From: Epiperipatus broadwayi
Taxonomy: Eukaryota; Animalia; Onychophora
Assembly (NCBI GenBank): GCA_028023455.1
Contig: JAQFVV010000004.1
Coordinates: 13,268,001-13,332,000, forward strand
Direction: 5' to 3'
DNA: 64,000 nucleotides
Part shown: positions 13,863 through 28,335 of the stretch, in pieces
Position numbering within the stretch: position 1 is the stretch's first letter
How the letters are laid out: every line of letters begins with the position of its first letter
Program-made: the position numbers and the translations under genes
The notes under the pieces: generated by a model
What the model was told of the DNA's origin: nothing
Database searches by the model: none
Seen by the model: the letters and a program-made list of their open reading frames with translations, nothing else

Positions 13863-14134
13863 TTGTCTATTATTATTTTCATTTTCCCCTAAAAACCAAC
13901 AACAACAGTAGGTAGTACATGTATATATTAAATAAAATAAAACTAAAGTAAAAAAAAAAGAAATATTTAAATGTCTCATTTACATAATGAATTCATTTAA
14001 GAGTACTACTTTTCAAATGCAAAATAAGACAGTGCTATGATTTTGGCAGTGTTCTGCTGAAAGTATGCTTAGTGCAATATACATTTTAAATTTAAATTAG
14101 TTTTCACTCGTGTGCAATGAGTTATAAAAATTAC

Positions 14135-14525
14135 AATCATCATCATCATCAACCATTATCAATCCAATGCAGGATGAAGATCTCTCCAAGTTCAATCCAT
14201 CTTTTCTGATCTTTAGGTTCTCTTCTCCACATCACCCCTGCACACTTTTTTATTTCATCTATCCATCTCACATGTGGTCTCTTTCTGGGTCTTTTACAAT
14301 CTCTTGGAATCCAGTTTAAGATTTCAATTGTCCATCTATTATCATCTCTTCTAACAATATGACCAGCTCAACTCCACTTTAGTCTTTTAATTTTTTCAAT
14401 GAGGTCAGTAACACCTGTTTGTTTTCTCACCCATAAATTGCTTTTTCGATCTCTTTTTGTTACTCACAATATGCATCTCTCCCTACTTCTTTGAGTGGTC
14501 TTAAGTCTCTGTATTGCTTTTCTAT
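14135..14525 (-). mobile_element. RTE-clade LINE 3' end with (ATG)n tail
   Basis: Minus-strand translation RLKTTQRSRERCIL*VTKRDRKSNLWVRKQTGVTDLIEKIKRLKWS*AGHIVRRDDNRWTIEILNWIPRDCKRPRKRP; catcatcatcat at ~14137-14150; homologous to 63320-63490. Confidence 0.9.
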
Positions 14526-16589
14526 AAGTAAAGAAAAGTGAAATAAATACCATTTAGAATTAATTATAGTAAATATATAAATAAATAATAGCTATAGTTA
14601 ACTTACAGCATAAATGTCATCATCACTATAATTAAACTGTAACATTTAAAAAAGGTAATAATTATTAACTAATTCATATTACTGCTTTAGTTTATTAAGA
14701 TAGCCATCAATATCCACAAGATTCAACATTAATCTACAGATAATCAATTTGACTCTAAGTAATGTTCACGAATCTTAAAGTATTCATTTTGATAGTCTTG
14801 TGAAACTCCAATTCATCTTAAATATTCAAAAGTGTAAACAGCATATTTTAATATGTAATAATTATTAGGAGTTAATGATAATCTCTTAATGCATTGTTTT
14901 TAAATTTCAATTAACTATTACATATTTATGATGAAATGAAAATTAATACTAACATGAAGAGTCCAAAATTTTATTTTGTGAAGATTACACAAGACCAATT
15001 GACTTACACCATAATAATAATTTTTGAATTTATAAATGCTATTGTCCAAATTTGCTATTTTAATAAGAATTCAAAACGCAATTGGAAATGGTATCATTTT
15101 TGACTGCCAATGATGTTTAGATGATAATGTTTGTGAATTAGTTAAACTTAATAGACAATCTAGAAGATTATTTTCGTTCTAAAAATATTTTTATATAAAA
15201 TGCATAATTTTGCTTAAAAAATTATTCCTTAATGTTGTAAATTTAAATTATAACTTTTATAAAAAATAAAAATAAAAGTCAGATAAGAAAATGTTACATG
15301 ATGATTACTGGTCAAAAATTAAGTTTTAAAGTTTAGTTATCTTTAAACTGATAAAATATTTAGCTTGGTTTTATATGGATTATTGCATTCTGAAGATTAT
15401 TTTTAAAATTGCTTAATTAAAAAAATACTTATATCGTTTTTTTCGCCATGAGATAAAACATAATTGATATTACACAATGCTAGTTTATATATAAACGTAT
15501 TTGAATATCAAATTGAAATTTATATTTTACTATCTTAACATATTATTTTAAGAGCGATAAAATATCAGAACGCTTGTCAGAAGTACTAGATTATGATTTT
15601 GTTCAAGCTTCATTAACTTTCTATTTGCATGCTTAAGTGGCTACAATTATACATTAACCCGTTATGAAATCTCATTCTTATATATTCAGATAAATTTATA
15701 TTTTACAGACAATGTTTAAAACGTTTATCTGTTATAATATTCAATCAGCAATTTTAAAATGATTGAATTATTTAAAGCTTATTTTACAATTTTATTAACC
15801 AAATTTTATTGCTTATTAATTCAAGTCTTTACATTATATATGTTTGAAATTGTGTATTTTTTTTAGAAAACAACTTTTGTATGCCATTGAAGAACATCTT
15901 ATTAACTTTAACATAGTATATTAAATAGACACCTGAACTACGCGTTAATACTAATTAATAATATACAAACAGAGATTAAAGTTTATAAAGTAAATCTTTT
16001 CATCTTTTTTTTTGCAGCAAGGAATAACTAAATAAAGCATTGAGTTTAAAATCTTATTTCAAACCCTCTTCCAAATTGACTCATTTATTGAACATACTGC
16101 CTTGTGCAAAATTACAATTAAGAACTCCTTAAACCATTCCTGATATTATTTTCTCAGTATCAAGGATGTGTGTGCATAAAAGAGAAAATGAAATGATAGG
16201 AATCAGAATGGCTATGGTACAATAAAAGTATAAAAATATGGTTTCCAAATGTATGATCACATTGACACAGTTAACACTGGGAGATGATAGATGACAGAAG
16301 AGGCACTGTATTAACTTATAAAATTAAAGATAGTAAAGAAAACATGTCATAGTATTAGACATCCATCAATTTTTCCTGTAAGATAACATTATATCAGAAT
16401 TCTTTGTTAATAAAAAAGTTTAGCACCCTAAGTATTCTAATATATTTTTAAAATATGAATGTTTCATTTATTTTACTGTCAGATATGTGATCTTCCACAT
16501 GATAATAAACTATGTTTAGTGTTGTGAGGATAGCTAATAAATATAGTATTGCAAAAATTAAAAAAAAAAAATATAAAATAAAAGTAATA

Positions 16590-16694
16590 ATTGTCAAGCA
16601 TTGGTGGTCGAGAGGTCAGCGACAGCTACTTTACAAGCAGTTGTTCCGGGTTACGGGTTTGCTTCCCAGCTGATGCTATGACACATGAGAAAAA
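16590..16694 (+). mobile_element. tRNA-Gly-derived SINE copy with A-tail and 15-bp TSD
   Basis: tgtcaagcattggtggtcgagaggtcagcgacagctactttacaagcag...ttcccagctgatgctatgacacatgagaaaa; aaaataaaagtaata occurs at 16575-16589 and 16695-16709. Confidence 0.88.
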
Positions 16695-17089
16695 AAAATA
16701 AAAGTAATATCTTAAAATATGGTTTAAAAATAATTATAATAAGTAATTTTGAAATTATAGAATAAATTAATAAAAGTCATATTTTTAAATAATTATAAAT
16801 AATAATTGGGTTTATTGCAGAAATGTTTAAATTTAAAGAAACCAATAACTTATATAAACTATGTTAAAACAGATTCTCTTATCAAGGATTAAAAGAATGT
16901 ATGGAATTTATTGCAAAACAACTCAATTAATTAAATTAATGTTAAAAAATATAATTCATTAAAAATAAGTAAATAAATAGATTATACATGTTTTGAGATA
17001 TAAGATTTGAAAACAAGGGAAAAATTCAAGTAATTTAACAATTAATGTGTTTTGAAAATTTAATCAATTTAAATAATGATGTAATTATA

Positions 17090-17212
17090 AATGTATTAAA
17101 CACACATTGATTACGTAAGTAATATCCACTGAGGCTATAACCTCGATAATATGCGTGTAAAAATGCGATAGTAGGGACCTCTACAGGTTTTAACCACAAG
17201 CTTACGCTATGG
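17090..17212 (-). repeat. Family C single-arm copy including tail
   Basis: cacattgattacgtaagtaatatccactgaggctataacctcgataatatgcgtgtaaaaatgcgatagtagggacctct is near-identical to 49822-49899. Confidence 0.85.
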
Positions 17213-17787
17213 AAAAATGATGGTGTTTTGAAATTTTGTGTTATTAAAATAAAATGAGATGAAAGATATTGAAAATAAGAAATTATCAAAAGTGTTATAA
17301 ATAAAAGGTCAAAAGTATATATATAATCAGTTTTTCATTCAAACCTGAACCATTATTAGATTGGACAAGTAGAAAAGAGAAAAAACTACCAGATGCTAAA
17401 GACTAACCTGAATCTTTGATGAATTTTATTAAACTATTATAAAGAAATCTCTACTCAAAATAAGGATAAAAAAGCTTAAACATCAAATTTTAAATACAGG
17501 AGATTGATAAAGGATACTATAAGGAAATAAATATGATTATACATGAAATAAAATAATGCATGCCATTATGTAAGAAATATTAGCTTGCATAGAAATCCTC
17601 ACAATGAACTGTAAAGAATTCCGGCCACACACTTTACGTTATGTAAGTAAAAAATGTTGATTGATTTCATTGATAGTAACAATCAAGTTTTTTATTTTAT
17701 GATGTCTTAGAATATATTAATTCTAACAATCTATATATTAGTATATGTAAGGTATTTATATAATATATTATTTAATTGATTGATTGA

Positions 17788-17865
17788 AACAGGCAAAACT
17801 CTCCATATAGTAGTGCCACCCAGTGCAAGCCAGAGGAATCAATGGATGCTAGCATATGCTGCTAA
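17788..17865. repeat. Family B terminal fragment
   Basis: aaacaggcaaaactctccatatagtagtgccac...gcaagccagaggaatcaatggatg matches the B left ends at 21889, 29405 and 41879. Confidence 0.85.
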
Positions 17866-19448
17866 ATATATATAAATATTGTAGCTGCATTTATAAAGCT
17901 AAAATACAAAATTTGCTTCATTATTTCTTTTATTACATATATGCTTAAATAAAATTTTATCTCCTTTAAAAAATAGAAAATGTTTTTTTTCTCATATAAA
18001 AATTATCACTATCTTAGATTAAATAATCAGAATGTGATATTTATTTTAACACAAAATGTGCATGCATGTAAAATATTTAAACTGAAGGGTTCAAGTGTTA
18101 TAAATAATGAGTGATAGTATGATTATTAAAATTTTAAGCTGAAGTTTTATTTTGAAATTTGATCAAGTTCATTTCCTTATAAATTAACTCTCATTATTAA
18201 TTACTGTGAATTCAATTTTAAGTTTATTAGAAATTATAATATAAATGCAGTTGTTAGATCACTCTTGAATGGTTAAAATATATTATAATTATATCATAAA
18301 TTTGTTCATGATTTTGTTTTGTAAATTGGAGGTCAGATTAAAAAAGAATATCTTCATATAATTGGATTAGTAATTAAATTGTGTTATTATTATTAAATTA
18401 GGATTCAGACCTAATGTGGCCACTCTCTAGAATTATCATTGTAAGAAAGATCTATTGATTATAATAATCCCATATTAAATATATGTGTGTGACTAATATA
18501 TAAAGCTAATAATATGAATAAATGTACTGTGTTTATGAAGATTCGACATATAAAAAATTATATCCAAGATGTATTAAAGGCCATGGATTTAATCTACATC
18601 AAGAGTACTCAGTAATATAATCATGTTAGTATTGTAAGATGCAATTAAAAGAATAATGTTTTAAAATTTATGAAAATAAACTTTGGACACTTTACAAATA
18701 AATACAGTTTCATATTTGTTTTCTAGCATGTGTGTAAACTAAAAGTTAAAATGTAGGGTGAAATGGCATATTAAAGCAATCATTGTTATAAAATTATAAT
18801 TATAAAAGATGATCAAATTATAAAAAAAATTGGCATAAATTCTTATGATATAGTCTGCAACGTAAACATGTATAGGGTAAAAGAACATTATATATTGTTT
18901 GATAATAATGGCACTGTGTAAATAAATTAATGTTTTGTTATTTGTTTAAATAGTGTGTTAACTTTTTACATGTAATATTGTCTGGTCTATATATCAATTC
19001 CATGTTCATTTCATTAGTAATAAGTTATGTTCTATTGATTTGGCAGGTATTATATATAGTGTATGTGTAGTGGTAATCATTATTACATGCTTTTATTCAA
19101 CTTACATTATCTCTATAATTGGATGATTGTTTGTTTCATAGATAAAGCTTAAGTAAGATGCACAAGAAGGTGGTACAGAGATTTTTTTGGCTTCAATTGA
19201 TAGCTTTTAAAATCAAGCTTAATATGTTTTAAATAATGGACAATTTTTTAGGATTTCAATTGAAACCATGATTTGATGATTTATTAAATATACTAAATCT
19301 GATACATACATAACAGGTATGCATATTAACTTGTAGCAGAAATATATATAAACTGGATACTAAAAATAAAAAAAAAGATAAAAAATCTTTTATTATAAAT
19401 GTTTTTATTTCTCGTGCATAAAAACACAAAAAAATTATTTCCTCTGTC

Positions 19449-19560
19449 ACAATTGAGGTTTTTAAATTGAACTTGAAATAAAACCATGGGAGTTCATAAA
19501 TTAATTAATTCCACCCCTATGCACTCCCCACCCATAGTTTTATTTTATATTCAACTAAAG
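19449..19560. repeat. Imperfect palindromic MITE-like repeat related to 23315-23480
   Basis: caattgaggtttttaaatt...aataaaaccatggg...cccatagttttattttat. Confidence 0.45.
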
Positions 19561-19760
19561 AGTTTGTGTAGGATTAATGTAAACTGATTGCTCTGCAATT
19601 TTTAAGATTTTTTTTGTGTCATCTTTCTTAAATATTAATATTTCTAATTTCAGTCTTCCAATCATCTGATGCAAGTCTATTATTTAGAGATTTGTTTCAT
19701 GGTTTTACTAATGATTTTTCAATTTTTTACCCGCTTCTTTTAAGATATCAATAATAATTC
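19560..19760 (-). pseudogene. LINE (RTE-like) reverse transcriptase N-terminal remnant
   Basis: Minus strand: GIIIDILKEAG ... LIFKKDDTK-(frameshift)-NLKNCRAISL, comparable to IFKKGD..LKNYRPISL. Confidence 0.6.
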
Positions 19761-20289
19761 CATTATTTTCTGTAGTTTTTTTTAAAATATAAATTTAATT
19801 ACATGTTTGACCTTTTCATGTAAAAGACTTGGAAATTCAAATGATGTAGTAAGTGTTACATTTATTTTGTTTTATTGTTTTTATATTCCTTTATAATTCT
19901 TTGTCCATATATTGGATTATTTCCATCACTCAAAATTAATTATCAAATGTCATTTAGAAAAATTCAAGCTTTATTTGAACTTTTTGAATAGTTTCAATTA
20001 TTAGTTATTGCATCCAGTTAGTACACAACACCATTTTCTGTGGAATTGTTCCCTTCTCTTCTTCAAATGTTAGAAAATCAATCCAAAACTCTTTAGACTC
20101 AAGAATAATGAATTTGAAATTATGCTCTAACCAACTAAGCTATTCTTTCAAAGGTAGCAATCACAAATTTTAATTTTATATAATTACATATGAGCATCCC
20201 TCAGATTTTAACTATATTTTTCTTAAGGGCAAATCAATAGATTGACTTATGTGATTAGTTATCATTATCATATGAGCAACTTTTAATAT

Positions 20290-21450
20290 TTTTTTCTTTT
20301 TAATTTTTTCTTCTCTTTTCCCAATTGAACATATATTCATTGCAACATGCATGGTATTGTAATTTAAATACACTGGGTTTTTTCTCTTTAATCATTAGTT
20401 TGTGCTCTTTTAATAGTGTTTCAATGGGGGAACTGGTTCTGCCTATATATATCTTTTCATATTTACATGAAATTTTACAAATGAAGTTTGGATTTTTCCA
20501 CCATTTCATATTTAAGCTTTTCAGAGGGTAGGATTCCTTGCAGTATAATATGGTTTCAAAAAGCCATTCTCACATTATATTGATTGCAGTTTTTTATAGT
20601 TTGTCTTCTACTACTGTAATATATGATATATTATAATATCTATTACTGATTTTTCTTTTGATGATTTTTTATTTATTTAATAATTTTTAATGACAATTGA
20701 TTGGATAACCATTCTTTATGAGAGTTTGTTCTATGAGGGTTTTTCTCAAAACATTGGTTTCTTAATAAACTACTTTTATTCTATTAATAGAAAAGTTAAT
20801 TTCACATTTCCTGTCATGATTGGATGTATATACTAAAATTTTTTTCTATATGTAAGTTTTTGAAAATCCCAGTTTTAATTTTGCCATGAGAGTTTTGTCA
20901 TGAGGTCATCAAAAATGCCAATTTATTCTTGTTCTAATTCTAGGATTTATTAATTGAGGAATATATTATTGATTTGTGACAAGAATATTTGTAAAATTAC
21001 TTCAACATGTTGCTATATAATAAATGCATTATTGACATAGCATAGTCAGACTTTAAATGAAGATGGAGTAGTATTTATGTCTATAGTTTCAGGGTGTTCC
21101 AAATAAATGTTACAAATGAACCTACATCAATCTCTTCATACAGCTGGAATAATTCTGTGTTGTATTAAAAGTTTGTTGTTGCTTTTAGAAGGTTAAGAGT
21201 TTTACTATAACAATAAATATTAAGACTTGTTTTTACTATTATTTTCATTTAATTCTTTCCTTACAATAAGCAATGATTCACCACAGGGTAGATTGAATAA
21301 ACGTTTTTCACATTAAAGCTTATAAATAAGCTATTTCTTTTTCATGTTCTTCATTAACTTAAAATTCTCAGAATTTCCCACAAATCTTTTTTTTATTTGC
21401 TGAAGAACTAAAAAGCTCGAAGAGAGGTCTAATTTCTACAAATTATCTCT
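20290..21450 (-). pseudogene. Penelope-like element remnant, RT plus GIY-YIG endonuclease
   Basis: SFNVKNVY (~21297-21320); FKV*LCYVNNAFII (~21016-21057), a decayed WLRYVDD motif; ORF 20300-20509 ICKISCKYEKIYIGRTSSPIETLLKEHK...YHACCNEYMFNWE matches the PLE GIY-YIG signature. Confidence 0.82.
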
Positions 21451-21888
21451 ATTAAATTTAAATCTGAAATGCTGAAAAACTAAAACTGTGTTTTTGAAAT
21501 ATCATGTTAAATTTGAAGAATAATTATGAGGGAAACCATATGCCCCACTGAAAAAATGATTAAAAAAGCATAAACTAATAACTAAAGATAAAAAAATGAA
21601 TGAACCTTATGTAACTGACCAAATCTGAACCAATTGATTAATTTCAGTTGGAAAAAAGGCAAAATATAAAGGAAAATGTAAAAATAAAGAGTAAATTTAA
21701 GGCTCACATGACAATAACAAATAATCTTATAAGTATATAACATTTCATAATGATAGGAAGCTACTTATTATTTTTAAGATAAAGAAGAAAAATCAGGAGG
21801 ATCCTCATGGATAATTATGTAAACTTTATATTGACTTCTATCCTTGACTAAGTATCACTTTAACTTCAGTATTCAGAAATATAAATAT

Positions 21889-22119
21889 GCAAAACTCTCC
21901 ATACAGTAGTGCCACTCAGTGCAAGCCAGAGTAATAAATGGATGGCAGCAGGTTTCTGCATAAAATACCTATCTAGTGCCTACTCATCCAATACCCCCAA
22001 ACTAGTTTCTAGCTTGTGGCTTTCATCAATGAGTGGCACTACTGTATGAAGGTTTTTGCCTGTATAATAACAGTTATGAGCAAGTGTAAATAATGATGAT
22101 CATGTGATGTTTAGTGGTT
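21889..22119. mobile_element. Family B fold-back element (short inverted arm) with tail and 12-bp TSD; decayed hammerhead at 21994-22033 (-)
   Basis: Inverted arms 21889-21918 and 22030-22059; tail aataacagttat...gtttagtggtt; aaatataaatat occurs at 21877-21888 and 22120-22131. Confidence 0.85.
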
Positions 22120-23314
22120 AAATATAAATATACCTGTTCCTATGCTAATACTGTCACTGGTCACATTAGCTATACCTGGAGAATAGAGGAAGAATACTAC
22201 TACTTTAATTCTGTTATATATTAACCTATGTGCTATTACTAACAGCTGAATATATTTGGAATTTAAATAAAGTTAAATTTTTTTAAAAGTCTTTAAATAA
22301 TTACTATTAGATGATAGAAATGGTTCAAAATATAAATAAAAGTAAAATGCCACAATCATGAACATTCACACCAACATGCTTTGCAGAACACTTTTATAAT
22401 TTTATTATGTCATCTTTTTTTAAAATGCTTTTATTAAAGTTGAAAAATCAGTTTGTTTGTTTATTTGTTAAATTTTGATCTTTTCAAATTGAGGTTTAAT
22501 ATATTTAAATTCAATAGAATTTCTTGAAATCTGATATATAACTAAGTAATACCAGAGTAATCCAAATAAGACATTTATCTTTTCAGTAGGTTACCTGGTT
22601 TATTAAATATAAAACAAAGGGCAAGAAAATATTAAAAAATATTCAATAATTTCATGTATCACAGTTAAAAACTATTTTTAGAACTTCATGAAAAAATGGT
22701 ATAAAGATTTTTTTTTTCAATTTAGTATTTTCTTAACATTTTAAAATTGATATTTAATACATTTATGTTCATTATAACTTATTGAAATTTTATACATTTG
22801 TTTAAAATGTCTAAAGTGATAGAACATATTAATTTTTTAAATAGATGAATTAGTTTCATAGATAGGAAGAGTGAGGGGAAGGTTTTGAATAATGGTCACT
22901 ACCAATTTTATTTGTTACAATTGCAAGCTTCATTTAAGTGATAAGAAAATTGTTCATAATAAAGTTTTATTTAAAACATTTTTTAAAATAAAAATAAAAA
23001 CTGTCAAAATGTAAACCATTTTTCACTTAAAAGAATATTTCATATTTTTAGTCATTTATATATGCATATATTATTATGTACACATACCAAATATGATATA
23101 TACATAAGAAGTGTAAATTTAATTTATAGCATAAATTTGTAGTGATGTATGTATATATATCAAATATAAGTGCTCTGTCAATTTTAAATATGATATACTT
23201 TCCATTTTCATTTATTATGCCAATACTAACAACTTAAAAAATAATAAATAAAATTTTTTTATATATTGAATGTGTTTATTGACTTTGCCTTAAAAAGATG
23301 GAAAAAATCAACCA

Positions 23315-23480
23315 CAATTGGGGTTTTTAGATTTAAAATTGCAATAAAAGCATGGGGGGGGGGTTGTCCAAAAATTAATTAATTCAATCCCTATTTTTTA
23401 TAACAAAGGATTGTCTTAATTTCTGGACCTCCCCCCATCTCCATGCGTTTATTTTAATTTAAATCTAAAAACCCTAATTG
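23315..23480. repeat. MITE-like palindrome with ~65-bp inverted arms
   Basis: caattggggtttttagatttaaa...gtccaaaaattaa versus ttaatttctggac...tttaaatctaaaaaccctaattg; inner caatcc/ggattg hairpin. Confidence 0.75.
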
Positions 23481-25585
23481 AGGGTAAACAAACAATTATT
23501 ATATTTCTTTTTTAATGCATTTAGTATAAATTTTTTTTATCTCTCTTATTAGTAATAATTTTAGTTTTTTTCTTATTACTGGAATTTTTTTTTTCCAATA
23601 CCGATATATTGTTTTATACTTTTGAAACTTTTATTCTATTATATAATTTTTTAAACTCCTTTTTATACCATTGTATAGAAATCCAGCTATTAAATTCTTT
23701 TTAATAGATTATCTATAAATATTTTCATATTTCTTTTTCTTCATACATTTTTGTGCATCAGCTCAAAAAGTTTAGTGATTAACTACATATTTTGTACCCA
23801 CTATTTTTGTTATTGTATTTAGTTGACTTTTGGTTATCTTCTTACTGGTCTCATTTAAGTTTGAACTATCTTCAAAGTCAATCAAAATTTTAAAACTATT
23901 ATCAAATTTTAATTTAAATTGCTTAGAATGTTTTTAAAAGTTAGGAATATCAACTATCAATATACATTTTAAAATAATTTTCATATCTTTAGTTTTGCAT
24001 TAACATATATCTTTTATCTTACAACTGATAGTACATTGAATCTATTAAGAATAGTACAGTCTTAACAAAACATTTTCTGTTAAACAAAATATAATCCAAT
24101 TTTTAATTTATAATATACATTTTTTCTTTTTCTGCAAATTTCATAAATATCTGTTTTCTTCCATTTTTGTCACCACAGCAAATACATTCAACACACTCTT
24201 CCAATGACTTTCAAATAACTATTATTAAAATTTTCTATCATAATTTTCAAATATTGTTTATTGTAATAAAAAGCATTTTTGTGACTATGTTTAAAAAAAC
24301 CTAAGATTTTATCTTATTTTTAAGGTTGCATTTTTGTGTTTTTGTTTTTTGGGAGACAATAGAACAAAAAAAGGCATAATTAGATGTAATATAACTTCCA
24401 TGATATGAACGTAATTAAGGAGATAATTATAGTATACATAAAACTTTTTTAGTTAAATGTAATTAAGGTTTTTGAAAGCAGGTGAGGTCACAAAGCATAT
24501 ATAAATGTGGGAAATTCTTTAAAAACTCTGTTTGAATCTGGTCAACAAAGAAGCCAACATGACTTAGTGGTTAAAAAGTAAATAAAGTGACAAACTGCCA
24601 GAAGTCTATCTTGGAACCAATATTTGTTAACTTGAATAATGCTATTCTAAATACGTTTTAACTCACAATGCAATTTGAAACATATGATGAAGATTCAGCA
24701 AATATTTTGCAGCAAATTTCAATGAATAAAATTGTAACCAGATGAAAGACAATTCAACTTCTTCAGAAAAACTTGTATGTCACAGTCTAGCTGTACATAT
24801 CCATGAGGGAAACCTAAGTCATGAACTATAGAAACTAGATGAGAAACTATTGAAATAATTGTTTGATCATGATTATATGTATGCCAATTATATCATAAAA
24901 GACAAAAACTATTTATAATTTAAAGACTAAACTGTTTATAATTTAGACTTATTTTAAGAGTCTTATTTTGCTCTAACTTCCAAAAAATGTATTATATATA
25001 TTTGCATAGTTAAAGTTATTAGTTAATTACATATGTTTTTAGTTTTCAAGTTAGTACAAATTGGGATTTAATTATGCTACAGGGAAGTGAATGATTTGTT
25101 TTGTTTTCTTCATTTAAATTAATTTAATAGAACCAATTTCAATGGCAATTTAATTTATTCTAACATATAATTTTTATTTTTTTTAAAGAAAAGATAAAAA
25201 TAAATATTTCCTACCTCTTATCGAATTCTTTTTAAAATTTAGTTTTGATTAAAATGTATGTTTTTTAAACAAAAGTTATCACTTTAAATATAAATGAGTA
25301 AAAAAAATATCTAAAAAGAGTCATTTTAAATGTAAGAATTTCATAACAATATTTTAGATTATAGAGTAATACTAGAATATAACTAGATTAGCAAAAAAAA
25401 CTTATTACATAATATGTAAATACGGAGAGTATACAGGCATGTAGAAATATGTCACAATATATGAAAGGTTCAAGAACAAAATTTAAAAAACAGACAAAAA
25501 TTAAATAAAAATCAACATTATAATCATTTTAATTTTAAACTAAACAGATAAACTATTTATTATACTAATTATAATCAGTATTAAA

Positions 25586-25852
25586 TGTGATAATACGTTG
25601 GTCTACTTCCATCATCTATCGTAAATGTTGAATGTATAGAAAAATTTAAACTTTATTTAAACTTTTCAAAGTACAAACAACTGATTAGTAATAACACACA
25701 AATAGACAACACAGGTTGTCTGTGTTGTCTATTTATGTGTTATTACTAACAAGTTGTTGTATTTGAAAAGTTTAAAATTTTCTATACATTCAACATTTAC
25801 TGATAGATGATGGAAATAGTGTAACATATTATACCTAATATACCATTATCAC
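25586..25852. repeat. Long hairpin palindrome (family H) with ~100-bp arms and a 5-nt loop
   Basis: Centre aaatagacaacacag-gttgt-ctgtgttgtctattt; arms extend to ttccatcatctatc / gatagatgatggaa. Confidence 0.9.
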
Positions 25853-27710
25853 AAACCTTCAGGAAAATACTATGATCTATATTGTTTTCTATGTAGATTT
25901 TGCCCTTTACATTAATCCATATTGAAATATACTTTCATGAAATAAAATTATAAATACAAGTATTTACAGCCTTTGTTTATAGTTAAGTATATTCTATATT
26001 CATAGTATGATGCAAAATGATTAATTTTAAGGATATTATTCACGGGGGGGGGGGGGGGTAGGATCTGAAAGCTAACTACTTCTATGAATGATTTAATTTT
26101 AAGGATACTATTTTAGGAGAAATAGAATCCAACATCTGGCCACCTCACAAATTAAAAATTTAAAATAATTGTATTATAATGAGCAGTATCCAAAGAATGA
26201 CCCTCTTTTAATTATCATTAGTTTAAGGAAGATAATTGCGTAGCTATGTATAATGACCAATATTTAACTAGAGATTTATGACTAACTTTATTTTATATAT
26301 ATTTATGTGAAAGCTATGAATTTAAAAATGTAAGAATAAATGAATTATTATATTTCTAAGAGTCATTGACACATGAGGTTGTTTCATAGATCCATTAGAG
26401 GCATCTGATATTCACTTGTGCAAAGCAGTGCTTAATTATAAATTTATATAATTCTATTATATGTTGTAATTTGTAAAATTAATATTTTAAAGTTGATCAA
26501 GTATAAGCCTTGAATATTTTTTGAGATTATTTAATGTGTATTTATCTTTCCACACGTGCTCATGAAAGGTTACTAAAAGATAATTTAGAGATAAAATTAT
26601 TAAGAAATAACATTGCTTGTTACTTAAATTTAATTATGTGAGAAATTAATTATATATAAAGAGAAATACAATTTAAATTTTAAAAATTTAATTAAAATTG
26701 AAGGATATCAATAATAGTTTTTATTGGATATAATATTGCATTTCTGATTTGTAAATATTTGTGAGAGAATATATATTTTCATGAGAATAGAAATAAGGAA
26801 TTATGCTGAAAATTATGTTATTATAAATCTGTAAATGATTATTATTCTTTATTTAAATATTGTGAGATATCAATTATTTTTATATGAAAATTATCAGGTC
26901 TTATATTATGTCCATTTGGTTTCATCCAAGAGCATTTCATGTGGTTTTTGATTTGGTCAGATAAGAGAAGTGGAAGGTAATATATTAATTAGTTTAATTA
27001 TAAAATTTAATGAAGGGTTAACATAAAGTATTATGAAGACAACTATTTTAAATCATATCAACATAGAAGCAGGGAATAATCCAGGAATATGTCCTAATGG
27101 TATTTATCAGGTGACATCCAGTATTTGATTTGATAATGACTAAGAACTCAACAAGAATATCATTTATTTAGCAGTATTATGTTTACTATACAACATTAGC
27201 AAGTGTATTAAAATACTTAAGGTATGGTCAAATCTTGTATATCACGAATGTATTTCAATAATCATAGCTGACCATTACAATATATGTATAAATTATTGAT
27301 TATATAATGAATGTTTATATTTTACTGTATGAAAAATAATATAATTCAGTTGCACTATTTATTATATTATATAATATGTTGAAACCAATTTATATCTGTG
27401 CCCAATTACTCCGTACATGAATATGGTTTGTGTTGAATAATACAGAAAATAAGTTTTATGTATAATGCTAATAAATGATTTCTACTTACTTTATCTTTTC
27501 CTTGTCTCTTTTATATATATTCCCCATCTTTTTGGGTAAAGTTTTTATCATTTCCTTATTTCTTATTCAATAGTCACACCAACTGTATTTAATATATATA
27601 TATATATATATATGATCAATAGATGGCATTTTACCAAAAACACCGTCAAAACGTATGTTTGTTTACATAAATGTCAGAGTAAGCATTCACTATCTCTTTC
27701 GTTAGTTCCA

Positions 27711-27755
27711 CCCTCAGATCATGATTTCAAGCCGATTTGCTAACATCAGTAAAGG
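27711..27755 (-). ncRNA. Hammerhead motif (family D) with core mutation CTGATGT
   Basis: CCTTTA CTGATGT TAGC AAATCG GCTT GAAA TCATGA TC TGAGGG. Confidence 0.65.
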
Positions 27756-28111
27756 ATAGGAATAAGAAACTAGATCTAAACACTCACTCCAAGCGTTTAA
27801 GAAACAATTTATATTCAGCTTGCAAGCGTGAATCTTTTAGACATGTAATGTCTTCAAACTCAGCATAGCAAGCCAGATAGCTATATGGGTCTAATATCAG
27901 TTCAGTATCACCACCTAGTAGAAGCCTCTGCAATATATATCATTGCAAGAAAACTTCAAAAGTACATTTATGAAAAACAAAAAACAAGTTAAACTTGCTA
28001 ATGCTTGTATTTATGATCAATAGATGGCATTTTACCAAAAACACCATCAAAGCATATGTTTGTTTACATAAGCATCAGAGTAAACATTCACTATCTTTTT
28101 CATTAGTTCCA

Positions 28112-28156
28112 CCCTCAGATCATGATTTCAAGCTGATTTGCTATCATCAGTGAAGG
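28112..28156 (-). ncRNA. Minimal type I hammerhead ribozyme motif (family D), intact core
   Basis: CCTTCA CTGATGA TAGC AAATCA GCTT GAAA TCATGA TC TGAGGG; helix III is the palindrome ATCATGAT. Confidence 0.85.
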
Positions 28157-28335
28157 ATAGGAATAAGAAACTAGATCTAAACACTCACTCCGAGTGTTTA
28201 TGAAACAATTTCTATTCAGCTTGCAAGCGTGAATCTTTTAGACATGTAATGTCTTCAAACTCAGCATAGCAAGCCAGATAGTTATATGGGTCTGATATCA
28301 GTTCAGTATCACCACATCTAGTTTCTTATTCCTAT

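Noticed and set aside
25597-25632. Hammerhead remnant in palindrome H (gatagatgatggaagtagaccaacgta on minus)
   Set aside because: It would need two separate core deletions; too weak to call.
26043-26059. Poly-G tracts (also ~12709, ~23353, ~43828) as G-quadruplex signals
   Set aside because: They are isolated homopolymers with no shared context and may be length-miscalled.
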